Origin: a virus
Virus record (IMG/VR): IMGVR_UViG_3300035703_000069
Coordinates: 6,477-70,476 of that record
Direction: 5' to 3' (one strand)
Length of the DNA stretch: 64,000 nt
Part shown: piece after piece, positions 17,569-28,153 of the stretch
Numbering within the stretch: position 1 is the stretch's first letter
Layout: every line of letters begins with the position of its first letter
Notes under the pieces: generated by a model
Told to the model about the DNA's origin: nothing
Database searches by the model: none
What the model saw: only the letters and a program-made list of their open reading frames with translations
Position numbers and translations under genes: made by a program

Positions 17569-20500
17569 CAGCCTTGAATCGTCCAGTTGCTAGAGGACGT
17601 GGTGCTACCGAGCTCGATGTTCTCGGCGAGGTTCAATACACCAGATCCGTTGGTGGGCATGTGCACCGCCTCAATCGTAAAGGTGCCGTCGTCGTTGGGC
17701 GTAATGCGCTCGATTTGGTAGGTGCGGACTTGCGTGCTCGGGATTTTGACGGTGAAGACGATGCCGGCGGGTGTGGCTTGGCTGCCGTTGGCGCTGACAG
17801 CGAGGGTCGTGTCGTAAGGAGCGGTGGCGGCTTCGCCGTTCCAGGCGATGACGTCGTAGGCACCGTCGGCCAGGGTCTTGGTGGAGACCAGGGAGCCGCT
17901 AGGCGTGACGACGCCGTTGTTGAACTGGTCGTACTCGGTGCTATCCATGGCGACACGGATGTAGTCGCTGGGGGCCATCTGAGCGAGGACGCCCTCGTGG
18001 GTTGTGGTGAAGCGGATCGAGTGCGTGGGGATCCGGCGCATCCGGATGATGTACTTCGCTGCGTCGATGGCGTGCGCCGGGTTGGTGCAGTAGTCGCTCA
18101 TGTCGAGGGACTGCATCGTGGCGCCCTCGGGGGTAGAGGCTTCGCGGACGATCACCTCGCGGACGACGGGGAAGAGGCCGGGGTTGGTCAGGTCCGTGGA
18201 GGCACGCTCTTCGCGGTAACGGACGGAGACCTGAATGGGGTCGCGGTCTTCGGGGTCCAGGTATTGGAGCTGGAAGGATCCCTCGGCGATATTGCCTGCG
18301 GTGAAAAGGCCACGGATCGTGACTGCGGTGGTGGGCAATGCCCGGCGCAGGAAGAACTTGCCATCGCGCTCGCCGAAGATCAGCAGATGGGTAGCGGCGA
18401 TGTCCGCGGCCCACTGGCGAAGGTTGACGCGGTCCGCGATCACGCCGTCGTAGAAATACCTACTGTCCTGGCACCATTGAGCGGCCTCCTGGAAGGAGGT
18501 GAAGTCGATCATCTGGTCGGTGATCAGATTTCCGGCGCCGTAGGTGGTGTTCGTCAGCAGGTCGAGCAGGACGTCCGGGAAGAGGTGCGTGGAACCGGTG
18601 CTGAGGCCGTTGAGCAGGCGCCGGCAGGTCTTGCCCGCGGTGACGTAGCAGGAGAACTGGTTGAACTGCTGCCACTCGACCGAGGACATGATGTTGACCC
18701 CGAGCAGGGCCAAGTTGTCGTAGAGGGGCGCTGTGGCGTTGGGGACGATCTCGTTGATGTAGACGACCTCGTGCTCGGGGCCATTGGCGGCTGAGGATTG
18801 GATTTCCTCGTAAACGAAGGCTTCGGCGAGCTTGCCCCATGTGTCGATGTGGGAGAAATCGCCGTTGGCGTAGGGGGTGTCGGAGCGGGCGATTCCTAGG
18901 CCGTTCTTGGCACTGCGTCGGCGACCAACAGGGATGGAGAAGGTGTTTTCGGAGTGGGCGACGGAGGTGCCGGTGAAGCGCACTGTGACACCGCCCTCGC
19001 TGACTGTTTGCGCGGTGGTCAACGCAGAGTCGAGCACGTACAGCGTGCCGATACCCCCGTTGCGCACTTCATAGCTCGAGTAGGGCTCGATTTGGAATTC
19101 CCACTGCTTCACAGAGGGCATGTCCAGTTGGATATAGTTGAAGACGTTTTGCTGGGTAGCTCCGCGGACGCCGTAGGCGTTGCTAAGTTTGGTGAATGTG
19201 TTGGTGCTGCCAGCTTCTCGGTAATAGATAGCGAAGAACGAGTATCGCTCAACCGGAGCAGAGATCGTGTTCGACTGGTGAATGTCTGTTTTGAGGGTGC
19301 TGCCTTTTTCGATGATGTCGTCCTTGTAGTCGAGGCAGGCACGGTTATCACAGTCGTCGAAGCTGAGCGACTCTTTGAAGTTGCAGATGCCGCCGACCCG
19401 GATGCCGAGCCGAGAGCGGATGCCAAATTCGACGGTCTTGCAGGCTCGGGTTGTCGAGATGCTGGCGATCGCGCAGCGGAGAATGTGACCGTCGGTTGAG
19501 GCGACGTTGCGCCATTCGACGGAGGGGCGTGATTCGTTCCAGGTCCAGCCGTCCAGTTGCGCTTGGCTTGAGCTGTTGGTTGTGACGGAGCCGGTGCGCA
19601 CCGTGGTGAATGAGGCGGTGACGGAGCTCCCTGAGCCCGAGCTGATATCCGCGTCGGACACGAAGGCGCTTGGCGTGCGGTCGGTGCAGATTGCGAGGCC
19701 GGATCCAATCTTGTAGAGCTCGCCCTCGATGAGGTTGTCGTCCCAGGTCTTCTGTCGACCGGAGACACTGGCAGCTACGTCATCAGCGGTTTCGATGTAG
19801 GCCTTCTTGGCGTTGAACTTGAGGGTGAAGGTTGCGGTTACGTTTGACCCCGCGTTGACCTTGCCGGAACTGGCGATCATCTGGGGGATTTTCTTGAATT
19901 TGAACTGAGGGGTGCTGAACGATTGCGTGGTGGATAAGCCCGAAATTGAGCCTCCTCCGCCAGATATGGATACGTTCGTAACAAGTCCGTCCCCGTTTTT
20001 GGTCACACTCAATGTCGGTGCCGAGACCGTTCCTCCATCGGATGTGAACTGCTGCTTGACTTTTGTCCTGACAAGAATCTGCAGGGGCAGGCGAACTACG
20101 ACGTCGTCCTCAGGGTCGTCGGCCGTTAGGTCGTTCTTCCACTTCAGAATGAAACGGACAGCTTTCAGCGTCTGGAGATAGAGGTTCAAGTTCTCGTTGT
20201 TGTTATCGCTGTCCTCGAGGCCGTTTGTGTTGAAGATGACGTTGACGTTGAACGAGCCCTTCCCCTTGGAATCAACAGTGATCGGGCCCGAGATGCTGGC
20301 GCTGATACGACCTTCGAGGTCTCCGATGATGTCTGTGTTCTCGTCCTCGGTGTCGTCGTGGTAATGAGCAAAGCCCTTGTTGATCGACTTGACGAAGGTT
20401 CCGGCGCCTTGTTTCGCCCTGGTTTCTTTTGAGAACACCCAGTCGCTTGGGGTGGTCAGGCTCTTGACGTCCCTGCTGAAAACGGTGTCTTTATCGGTGC

Positions 20501-21512
20501 TGTTGTATAGCGTGTAGGAGGTGGTGCCGCCGATGCTGCCCAGGCCGCTGCTAGTGATGGCCGCCCGCGATGAGAAGTAGGTCTGGGCCTTCTTCTTCTG
20601 GACCCACGCGACGTCATCGATGGTGCATTTGACTTTGGCGTCGCCGTCATCGCCCTCGGGGATGAGCTGGGCTTGGACGATGGGTTTGACCGTGGGGTTC
20701 AGGCGGAAGCCGAAGTCGTTGCCGATCAGGTTGTAGACGCCGAAAGTGGTCTGGTTGTTGGGGCGGTTGGCGCTGCTGAAGCTGGCGGCTCCATTGACCA
20801 GGAAGATGTCGCCGCTGCTGGCGGCGCCCTTGTCCGTGCTCGGGTTGCGGCCGAAGACGTAGTGCGTGGAGTTGATGCGGCTGGTTAAGCCGTGGGCTGC
20901 GGTGTAGCGCCCGTACACCGTCATGCGGCTACCTGCGGCGGTGGCGCTGCCGTAGTTGTAGGAGGCAAGGGTGTTGCCACCGGCGGCGAAGTTCTGAATG
21001 TCGATGGCACCGATGGGGCCTTCGCCGATCAGGAAGATGGCCCGCAGCATCTGGGAGCCACCAAGGCTGTAGATCTGGGACCAGAGCAGGGAGGTGTTGA
21101 CGCGGACGCCGCCGTAGGTCACGCCGCTGACGGACTCGCGCAGGGCGTAGACCAGGGGGACGATGGCGCCGAGGGTGGTGATGTCCTGGGCGGAGTCGAA
21201 GCCGTAGCGCGGGGCGAAGCGTTCGTTCTCGGTGCGGGCGCGGCCCCCGCGGTTGCGGCTCTTGAGTTGGGCGGGGCGCGTGTCGTCGGGTTGAGGTTTG
21301 AAGAAGGACGCCGCGATGGTGAAGCCGACCGAGAGGACGGTCAGCACCAGGGAGATGATCGCGAGGGTTTCGGCGCCGGCTACGACCGACGGCTGGGGGC
21401 CTTCGGCGGCGCGTTTTTCGACCTCGGCTTTGAAGAGGGCGTAGTCCTCGTCGCTGATGCCCAGCAGGGAGGCGAGGTAGCGGTCGGCGGGGAGGATCCG
21501 AGGGTCGGACAT
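17568..21512 (-). CDS. Central tail / host-specificity (tail-tip) protein
   Basis: 1314 aa; LGAIVPLVYA..LLWSQ..IGEGPI resembles a lambda J-type N-terminus. Confidence 0.75.
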   Translation of the reverse strand: MSDPRILPADRYLASLLGISDEDYALFKAEVEKRAAEGPQPSVVAGAETLAIISLVLTVLSVGFTIAASFFKPQPDDTRPAQLKSRNRGGRARTENERFAPRYGFDSAQDITTLGAIVPLVYALRESVSGVTYGGVRVNTSLLWSQIYSLGGSQMLRAIFLIGEGPIGAIDIQNFAAGGNTLASYNYGSATAAGSRMTVYGRYTAAHGLTSRINSTHYVFGRNPSTDKGAASSGDIFLVNGAASFSSANRPNNQTTFGVYNLIGNDFGFRLNPTVKPIVQAQLIPEGDDGDAKVKCTIDDVAWVQKKKAQTYFSSRAAITSSGLGSIGGTTSYTLYNSTDKDTVFSRDVKSLTTPSDWVFSKETRAKQGAGTFVKSINKGFAHYHDDTEDENTDIIGDLEGRISASISGPITVDSKGKGSFNVNVIFNTNGLEDSDNNNENLNLYLQTLKAVRFILKWKNDLTADDPEDDVVVRLPLQILVRTKVKQQFTSDGGTVSAPTLSVTKNGDGLVTNVSISGGGGSISGLSTTQSFSTPQFKFKKIPQMIASSGKVNAGSNVTATFTLKFNAKKAYIETADDVAASVSGRQKTWDDNLIEGELYKIGSGLAICTDRTPSAFVSDADISSGSGSSVTASFTTVRTGSVTTNSSSQAQLDGWTWNESRPSVEWRNVASTDGHILRCAIASISTTRACKTVEFGIRSRLGIRVGGICNFKESLSFDDCDNRACLDYKDDIIEKGSTLKTDIHQSNTISAPVERYSFFAIYYREAGSTNTFTKLSNAYGVRGATQQNVFNYIQLDMPSVKQWEFQIEPYSSYEVRNGGIGTLYVLDSALTTAQTVSEGGVTVRFTGTSVAHSENTFSIPVGRRRSAKNGLGIARSDTPYANGDFSHIDTWGKLAEAFVYEEIQSSAANGPEHEVVYINEIVPNATAPLYDNLALLGVNIMSSVEWQQFNQFSCYVTAGKTCRRLLNGLSTGSTHLFPDVLLDLLTNTTYGAGNLITDQMIDFTSFQEAAQWCQDSRYFYDGVIADRVNLRQWAADIAATHLLIFGERDGKFFLRRALPTTAVTIRGLFTAGNIAEGSFQLQYLDPEDRDPIQVSVRYREERASTDLTNPGLFPVVREVIVREASTPEGATMQSLDMSDYCTNPAHAIDAAKYIIRMRRIPTHSIRFTTTHEGVLAQMAPSDYIRVAMDSTEYDQFNNGVVTPSGSLVSTKTLADGAYDVIAWNGEAATAPYDTTLAVSANGSQATPAGIVFTVKIPSTQVRTYQIERITPNDDGTFTIEAVHMPTNGSGVLNLAENIELGSTTSSSNWTIQG

Positions 21513-21889
21513 CAGACGAACTCGTAGTAGGGGAGGCGCTTCATCACTGCGAGGGGGATCCAGCAGACGCCGCGTTTGTGGTGGACCATGAGCAGGCCGT
21601 CATCGACCACCACGCCGACGCCCAGGCCGTTGGGGCCGTTGTGGAACAACGTGACCGCGTAGGGCTGGGGCTCCGCGAGTATTCGGGTGCCGGCATCCCA
21701 TAACTTCTGCAGGTCACGCCAGTGCCCCTCCCTGGCCAAGTCAAGCCATTCCTGGACAAAGGGGGGATGGTGGACGCCGGCCTCGTCGAGGACGGACCAA
21801 ACCATCAGTAGGCAGTCGCAGGCGATGCCGTCCTCGGGGTGGGCGCCGAAGCCGTGGGGGAGGCCGATCCAGTGCATCCAGGTCGGCAT
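21512..21889 (-). CDS. NlpC/P60-like tail assembly protein
   Basis: MPTWMHWIGLPH...DCLLMVWSV...GVGVVVDDGLLMVH; lambda K-like position; TGATG overlaps. Confidence 0.65.
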   Translation of the reverse strand: MPTWMHWIGLPHGFGAHPEDGIACDCLLMVWSVLDEAGVHHPPFVQEWLDLAREGHWRDLQKLWDAGTRILAEPQPYAVTLFHNGPNGLGVGVVVDDGLLMVHHKRGVCWIPLAVMKRLPYYEFV

Positions 21890-22368
21890 CAGCTCACCAC
21901 CAACGTTGCTGAGGTCGGGAGGGCGCCGACCAGGCGCGTGTTCAGGTAGCGGTTGGGTACCTGCTCGCGGACGGCGTCCAGGGGTGAGGTGAGTTTGAGC
22001 AGGATCTTCTCCGTGTCCATCTCGTAGCGGGCGACGCGCCAGATCTCGGTGCGGATCAGGGCGGTGTCGGCGAAGGTCTCGGGGTTCAAGGAGACGGTCT
22101 TGAGCTCGAGCAGCCAGCCGGAGTTCACGGCCTCGGCGAAGACATTGACGGTGATGGCGTTGGTGCCGGCACCGAGGGTGGCTTCGGAGCGGTCGCCTCC
22201 TTTGCTGCCGGCGCCGGTGGAGACGGCGAAGGGGACGAATTGGTAGGTCACGCCGCCGTAGATGCGGGGCTGGTTCACCGAGAAGTTCTGGTAGGCGTGT
22301 ACCGGTGAGGTGGCCGTGCCGTTGCGCTGGGTGAAGCGGGCGTAGTTGACGAAGGCGAAGGTGCTCAT
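21889..22368 (-). CDS. Minor tail protein (gpL-like position)
   Basis: Follows the tape measure; YQFVPF...LTSPLDAV. Confidence 0.65.
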   Translation of the reverse strand: MSTFAFVNYARFTQRNGTATSPVHAYQNFSVNQPRIYGGVTYQFVPFAVSTGAGSKGGDRSEATLGAGTNAITVNVFAEAVNSGWLLELKTVSLNPETFADTALIRTEIWRVARYEMDTEKILLKLTSPLDAVREQVPNRYLNTRLVGALPTSATLVVS

Positions 22369-25300
22369 CAGTTGATACCGACCTTGCGGCGGGAGGTGAC
22401 ACTGTTCTGCAGCGCTTCGAGGGTCAAGGCGCGACCGCGCTCGGCGGCTTGGGCCATACCGCGCTGGTGCTGCTCGGCGGTGACGTAGGTCACGTTGTTG
22501 ATGACCTGGGACTCGAAGCGGACGTCGAGGGGCTTGGGGTTGTTGATGGCGGAGACGGTTTCGCGCTCGGAGCGCTCGGCCAGGACGCGCTCGGTGGACT
22601 TGGTGAAGGGAATCGAGGCGCCGTAGAGGGTGGAGAAGGCGTTGGAGACCGAGGAGCTGGAGCCCTGTTGGAAGGGCACGGTCATGCCGTTGGCTTCGGT
22701 GCTGGAGCCTGCTCCGGACCTGCCCGTGAAAGCGATCTTGTCGTTGGGGATGATCGTGCCGTTGCCCTCGGGGACGAAGAGCTCGGGGCCGATCTCACCG
22801 ACGATGTATGGGCGGCGGGCGGAGACGGGGCCGCCGGCGGCACGTTTACCCAGGCTGGAGATGCCGCCGAAGATGGAACCGAGGCCGCCGAGGACGCCGG
22901 CGATGCCCATGAGGGTGCCGTAGGTGCCGCCCTCGGAGTCCTGCATGGCTTGGATGGCGCCGGTGATGGCGAGGGCGCCGGTGGCGACACCGGTCATGGC
23001 GCCAAGGAACTTGCCGAAGCCTTGCTCGCCGGATTTGGCGGCGTTACCGGTCTGCTTGCCTGTGGTATCGGCCACCGTGCCGAGGTGAGTGAGGGATTCA
23101 CCGATGCCAGCGAATGAATCGGCTAAGTAGCTCTCCATTTCGGCTACGTACTCGGGGCCTTTACCTGCTAGGCGGGTCATCATTTCGTAGTCAGATTCGG
23201 GGCCTGCCCCTAGGCGCCCTTGCTGCTGCAACGCGGCGGTGTTGGCCTGAATGGCCTGGGTATTCAGGTCGAGGTTCAGGTTGTTCTGTTCCTGAAGTGC
23301 CTTGGTGGGGTCCTGCATGCCGAAGACGTCTTGGAGGGTCTTAACGAAGAGGTCCTCCATTGGCTTGAAGGCGGCGTCGAGCACCATGCCGGTGAGCTTG
23401 TCGGTAATAGAGCGGGACATCTGGGCGACCGCTTCGCTTAAGTCGCCGCCGCTCAGGAAGCTTTGGGCGAGGCCCTTGTAGCCATCAGTGACGGCGCGGG
23501 AGGCTTCGCGGATGGCGGCCATTTGGCTGACGAAGCGCTTGACCTGCTCGTCCATGGCACCGAGCTCGGTTGCTGCGGAGCGGGTTTTCTCGGCGAAGGC
23601 GGTGAGCTCGCGTGTGACGTCCTCGGTGGTCTTGGTGGCGTCTTGCTCGAGGCGGATCCGCTCCTCGGCGATGCGTTGCTCGGCTTCGATGCTGCGCAAC
23701 GCCCTTGAGTTGTCGCCGACGAAGGCTTGCGCCATGGTTGCTTGGGCTTGGACGCCGGCGCGTTGCACGTCGAAGCGGATGGCGCCGGTGGCGCGTTTCA
23801 GTGCCTCGACGGCGTTTTGCTGCTTAGTGAGCTCGAGGTTGCGTCTGCGGGCTGCGGCCTCTTTGGCGAGTTCGTCGACGTACTTCTTCTGGCGCTCTGC
23901 GAGTTGGGCGGTGAGCTTGTCGAACTCGGCCTGGGTGATCTGGTTCTTCTTGAGACGGTCGCCTGCGGCGGTGAGGATTTGGCCGCGCTCGCGTTCGGCG
24001 ATGAGCTCTTTGGACTTCTGCTCGACAGCGATGCGGATCTGCTCGGGGTCGTAGAGCTCGGCAGAGATGCCGCGGAGAGCAGCGAGCGTGCCGGTGAGCT
24101 CGATGGCTTGGTTGTCGTACTCCTCGAGGGCGACCTTGGGGAATGCGGCCTTGGCGATGGCCTCGAAAGCGGCGGCGGTGCGGGCGTTGGTGAGTGCCGC
24201 TTGCAGCGAGTTAGCGCGTTCCATGGCGGAGGCGACGCCACGCACGGCTTCGGCGTACTTCTCAACGGCGGGGGCGCCGATGTCGTCGAAGGAGGGGGCT
24301 TGGGGAGGGGCGATCGGTGCGGCACCACCTGCTTTGGACCCTGGTGCGAGGTGCCCTACCCAGGATTTGCCTGTGCCTGGCAGCGCTCCAGTGATGCCTC
24401 CGCGGCCTGTGTTTCCTGAAATGTTGGCGAGCGGCACTGGAACTTTGGTGCCTTCAGGGACGAAAAGATCGATGGACCGTCCGTCTCCGCTGTGACGGTG
24501 CTGTTGAGCGGCTTGGGAAAGTGTTCTGCGGTAATAGCTGTCGTCTTTACCGCTCTGGATCTTGGTGCCGTCTGATAGTTCGACGGGAATGCCTTTGTCC
24601 AGGAGCCCTTTCAGGACCGGGATGACGTCACTAATGAGGTCGTTGAGGCTGCCGGTGTTGGTCTGGAAATGACCGTGGACCCAGCCGGCTGCGTTGTCGA
24701 CCCTGCCGGTTGAGCCGAAGGTTGCGGCTCCGCCACCAGTGCCGGCTGCGGTCTGCCCAGCGGCTTGGCGTTGGTAGTCAGCAATGTTCTTTTCGTAGTC
24801 GCCGGCGCGTTTGCGGATCTCGGCGATCTTTTTCTCGTTCTCGAGGCGGTAGTTGGCAATTTCCCGCTCGAGGTTGGCGGCCTCGATGACGATCGACTTC
24901 TTGGCGGCCTCGATGTCAAGCTCGCCGCGCTCGCGAGTAGAGAGGTAGTTGTTGAGCGAGTCAAGGGCGGCGGCGGAGGCACCTTCTTCTCCCTCGATGA
25001 GCTTGGCGTTGGCCTGCTCCATCTGGAAGATGCGGAGCTCGCCGGCGGCGCGGAAGATCTCGACTTCCTTTTGGGCGAGGTTCTGGCGCTGCTGGAAGAG
25101 ATCGTTGTCGAGCTGGCGGCGGTAGTCGCCAATTTCTTTCTCAAGGTTGACGCGGTTCTGGGCTTCGAGGCGGATGTTGTCAGCTGCGGCTTTCTTGTTG
25201 ACTTCTTGTGACCACTTGGCTTTCTCGGTCTCGGCTCGTTTTTCCTGCTCCAACCGCTTACGGAGGACCGCGTCGGAGAATAGTTCTCCTGGTCTCTGGT

Positions 25301-27647
25301 CTAAGAATGCGTCAAAGTTGGCTGGATTAAATAGCTGGGCCAAACGACGTGCGTAATCACCTAGGTCAAGTTCATTTCCAGATGTGAGATCTTTGATCTC
25401 TTCTATCTTCTTTCTGACGTCTTCGAGACGCTGTACGGCCTCGTCATACTTGGAGTTTACAAGTGACTCTTCAAATGCCTTGGCTCGTTTGGTTGCTTCG
25501 TCCGCGGAGTCTCCAATGTCCTTGTATGTGGTGTTAAGTCGCCTCAGCGCTTCTTCTGCTCGTTTGTCACTCGCGAGCTTGTCCTGTGCTTCCTTCCATG
25601 CGCTGAAACGCTCGAGCAATAGGCCCAGTGCCGCGGTGATGGCAAACATCATTAGGTTGAATTTAATGAAGTTGCCGATCAGGCCGACAATTCCGCCGCC
25701 TGCGGCTTTGCCTTGTGTGTTAAGAGAGCCAATTTTGGAACCCGCTTGTTGGGCGGCTGCGCCCACAGCATTCAGTTGAACGACAACCTGCTCAAGTTCG
25801 GACTTAAGGGCTTTGAGTGCGACACCTGACGGCTGCCATGCAGTTAGGAGACTTTTCCCTGCTGTACTGGCAGCTACTGCGACTGTTCCTATGTAGGCAA
25901 TAAGACCACCTATGATTGCCCTGAGTTTATTGAACTGGGTAATTACGAACTCAGTTGCTTTTCCCCAGTTCTCTAGGACGCCTTTGAATAGGAAGCCTGC
26001 TTTGATAAGGGGGATCACTCCAGTTATCTGCAGAAGCCGCATATTCGCGCTTATCTGCGAGATTTCTTGAACTAGGGGTAGTTTCAGAAATTCGCCCCAC
26101 ATGGCCAGGAAGCCGCTCAAGCCTTTTGTTGCGGCAAGGAGTGCGGGTGATATGGCTTCAAACGCCCCGATCAGGGCCTTTAACTGCTCCAGTTTTAAGC
26201 TGAGTAACCCGAGTGCGAGAGCAGAAAGTCCTTTTGTAATCGCACCAAATGCGTTGATTACGCGCTCTGTGAGCGTAGCCAGCTGTAAGTAAACACTGTC
26301 CAGCGCTTTGTTGACTTCTACGGTGACACGCTTGATGGCGGCTTCTACGCCCTTAAGTACATCGTCGGCACCGAAGCCGGCTTCGCTCACGGAGCTCCGA
26401 GCGTTTGTGGTTCCTCGACTACCGGCCCCACCACCGCCCCCTTCAGTGCGCCTTGCGCCTCCAGATGCACCCGATGTCCGCCCGAATCCAATGCTGAGTA
26501 AATTCCCAAGTGACGAGCCGGCCTGCGAAGAAATGCTGAATAGCTCTTTTCGGATGCTGAATAGGAAACCGAAGACCTTTGACAGACCGTCGATCAGTGG
26601 ATCCAGTAATCCGCGCCCGAAGTTCTGATTGATGAGCTCAGAGAGATCCTTGATGTTGGAGATGACACCTGCGAAGCCTTCGGCCGCGATGCGCTGACCA
26701 GCAACGGCTCCTGCAAGGCGGTCTTCGAGGAATTTGACGACACCACCGGCCTGGGTTTTGGCCTTGGCGATGTCTTCGTTGGTGATACCTAGCGATTTCG
26801 CCAGGTAGGAGTCCATGGTGATGTCACCACGGAGGATGGAACCGATCTCCTGGCGGGCCTGGTAGAGCGGGATACCGAAGGTACCGAGAGCGGCGGCAAA
26901 GTTGATGGCAAGGTCTTCAGCTTCTTTTAGCCCTCCTCCGATTTGCCCCACCTGCGACGCGACAATGCCGAAGACCTCGATGACGTCATTAGAAGTCACT
27001 CCGGCTAGCTCGATTGACCGCTCTCGAATGGAATCGATTCGCTTGCCCACCTCACCGGTAAGTGAAACGATCTTCTCGTACGGATCAGTTATTTCGGTGT
27101 TGCCTTTGAATACTCTGTTGGTCGAGGCCAGTGTTGTCTGCGTCTTAAGGATCGTTTCCCTAAGCTGGATCTCGCGACCGATGGTCTCTTTGAACAGGCC
27201 GCCGAATGCGGATTGAGTTATCTTTACTGCTTCGTTGATTGCGTAAAGGCTAAAGGCAATTCTCGTTAGTTTACCTACAAGTGTTTCTGCTGCTTTTCCC
27301 GCTGTATCAAGTGTTCCTTTGATTACAGCGCCGGCGTCTCCTACGCTTTTGCTGCTTTCGCCAGCCGCCGTGCCAACAGCACGTAACTGCCCAGCGACTT
27401 CATTAAGATTACTGATTGGTCCTACAGGGAGTCTGCTAGCAACTCTGTAAAACTCTTGTATACTATTTGTTGCACTTGTTACGTCCTTCTTGAGATCTGA
27501 AAAGTTTTTGCTTACATCAGAGTAGTTTGGTATTTCAATCTTGATCTGACGAAGTTTTGACGCTTCATCTGCAAGACGCTGAACTGTTCCGAGTTTCTTC
27601 TCGGCTTCCTGAGTTTCAGCTGTAACTTTGAGCTGAAAATCAGCCAC
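22368..27647 (-). CDS. Tape measure protein
   Basis: 1759 aa, Ala-rich and helical; C-terminal RAAGGPVS..YIVGEIGPELFVP motif. Confidence 0.9.
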   Translation of the reverse strand: MADFQLKVTAETQEAEKKLGTVQRLADEASKLRQIKIEIPNYSDVSKNFSDLKKDVTSATNSIQEFYRVASRLPVGPISNLNEVAGQLRAVGTAAGESSKSVGDAGAVIKGTLDTAGKAAETLVGKLTRIAFSLYAINEAVKITQSAFGGLFKETIGREIQLRETILKTQTTLASTNRVFKGNTEITDPYEKIVSLTGEVGKRIDSIRERSIELAGVTSNDVIEVFGIVASQVGQIGGGLKEAEDLAINFAAALGTFGIPLYQARQEIGSILRGDITMDSYLAKSLGITNEDIAKAKTQAGGVVKFLEDRLAGAVAGQRIAAEGFAGVISNIKDLSELINQNFGRGLLDPLIDGLSKVFGFLFSIRKELFSISSQAGSSLGNLLSIGFGRTSGASGGARRTEGGGGGAGSRGTTNARSSVSEAGFGADDVLKGVEAAIKRVTVEVNKALDSVYLQLATLTERVINAFGAITKGLSALALGLLSLKLEQLKALIGAFEAISPALLAATKGLSGFLAMWGEFLKLPLVQEISQISANMRLLQITGVIPLIKAGFLFKGVLENWGKATEFVITQFNKLRAIIGGLIAYIGTVAVAASTAGKSLLTAWQPSGVALKALKSELEQVVVQLNAVGAAAQQAGSKIGSLNTQGKAAGGGIVGLIGNFIKFNLMMFAITAALGLLLERFSAWKEAQDKLASDKRAEEALRRLNTTYKDIGDSADEATKRAKAFEESLVNSKYDEAVQRLEDVRKKIEEIKDLTSGNELDLGDYARRLAQLFNPANFDAFLDQRPGELFSDAVLRKRLEQEKRAETEKAKWSQEVNKKAAADNIRLEAQNRVNLEKEIGDYRRQLDNDLFQQRQNLAQKEVEIFRAAGELRIFQMEQANAKLIEGEEGASAAALDSLNNYLSTRERGELDIEAAKKSIVIEAANLEREIANYRLENEKKIAEIRKRAGDYEKNIADYQRQAAGQTAAGTGGGAATFGSTGRVDNAAGWVHGHFQTNTGSLNDLISDVIPVLKGLLDKGIPVELSDGTKIQSGKDDSYYRRTLSQAAQQHRHSGDGRSIDLFVPEGTKVPVPLANISGNTGRGGITGALPGTGKSWVGHLAPGSKAGGAAPIAPPQAPSFDDIGAPAVEKYAEAVRGVASAMERANSLQAALTNARTAAAFEAIAKAAFPKVALEEYDNQAIELTGTLAALRGISAELYDPEQIRIAVEQKSKELIAERERGQILTAAGDRLKKNQITQAEFDKLTAQLAERQKKYVDELAKEAAARRRNLELTKQQNAVEALKRATGAIRFDVQRAGVQAQATMAQAFVGDNSRALRSIEAEQRIAEERIRLEQDATKTTEDVTRELTAFAEKTRSAATELGAMDEQVKRFVSQMAAIREASRAVTDGYKGLAQSFLSGGDLSEAVAQMSRSITDKLTGMVLDAAFKPMEDLFVKTLQDVFGMQDPTKALQEQNNLNLDLNTQAIQANTAALQQQGRLGAGPESDYEMMTRLAGKGPEYVAEMESYLADSFAGIGESLTHLGTVADTTGKQTGNAAKSGEQGFGKFLGAMTGVATGALAITGAIQAMQDSEGGTYGTLMGIAGVLGGLGSIFGGISSLGKRAAGGPVSARRPYIVGEIGPELFVPEGNGTIIPNDKIAFTGRSGAGSSTEANGMTVPFQQGSSSSVSNAFSTLYGASIPFTKSTERVLAERSERETVSAINNPKPLDVRFESQVINNVTYVTAEQHQRGMAQAAERGRALTLEALQNSVTSRRKVGIN

Positions 27648-27674
27648 TGCACCGCCTTATTCGTTATCCGTATG

Positions 27675-28153
27675 TTACGGCTGCCTTTCGGCCGGGGTTA
27701 GAAGCGCCGTAAGGACGTGAACGGGTAGGCGGCGTTGTTTACCGAGCTCGGTGAGGATGAAGCGCGTGGGCTGGTCAGGCCCTTCTGCTTCGGTTGTGGA
27801 GGGTCGCCAGTCGGGGAAGGGCAAGAACTCCTGCACCTTTGTCTTGGGTGCGGCGCGTTTGGAGCCGGAGAAGCCGTGCGCGATTTGGAGAAGGATTTGG
27901 GTGAGGCGAGCTGTGGGTAGAGCCGCGAGGTTCGCTCGGGACTGTTCGTGATCGTCGAGTTGCCGTAGTGCCCAGCGGACGGCGTTGATGGGGGTGCGGA
28001 GGAAGCGCTCTCGGGGGAAGTCGTCCCCAAGAGGGGACATGCGGAGGCGGACGTAGATCGCATCCCAATCGGTGATCGGAGAGCGCAGGTGCTCCTCACA
28101 CTGCTTCAGGATTTGCTCGGGGGTGGGCTGAATTCTGGCTCGTCCTCGGGGGG
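27675..28153 (-). CDS. Tail assembly chaperone, -1 frameshift (GT) extension
   Basis: The -1 frame is open from the slippery site into ORF 27675..28040. Confidence 0.75.
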
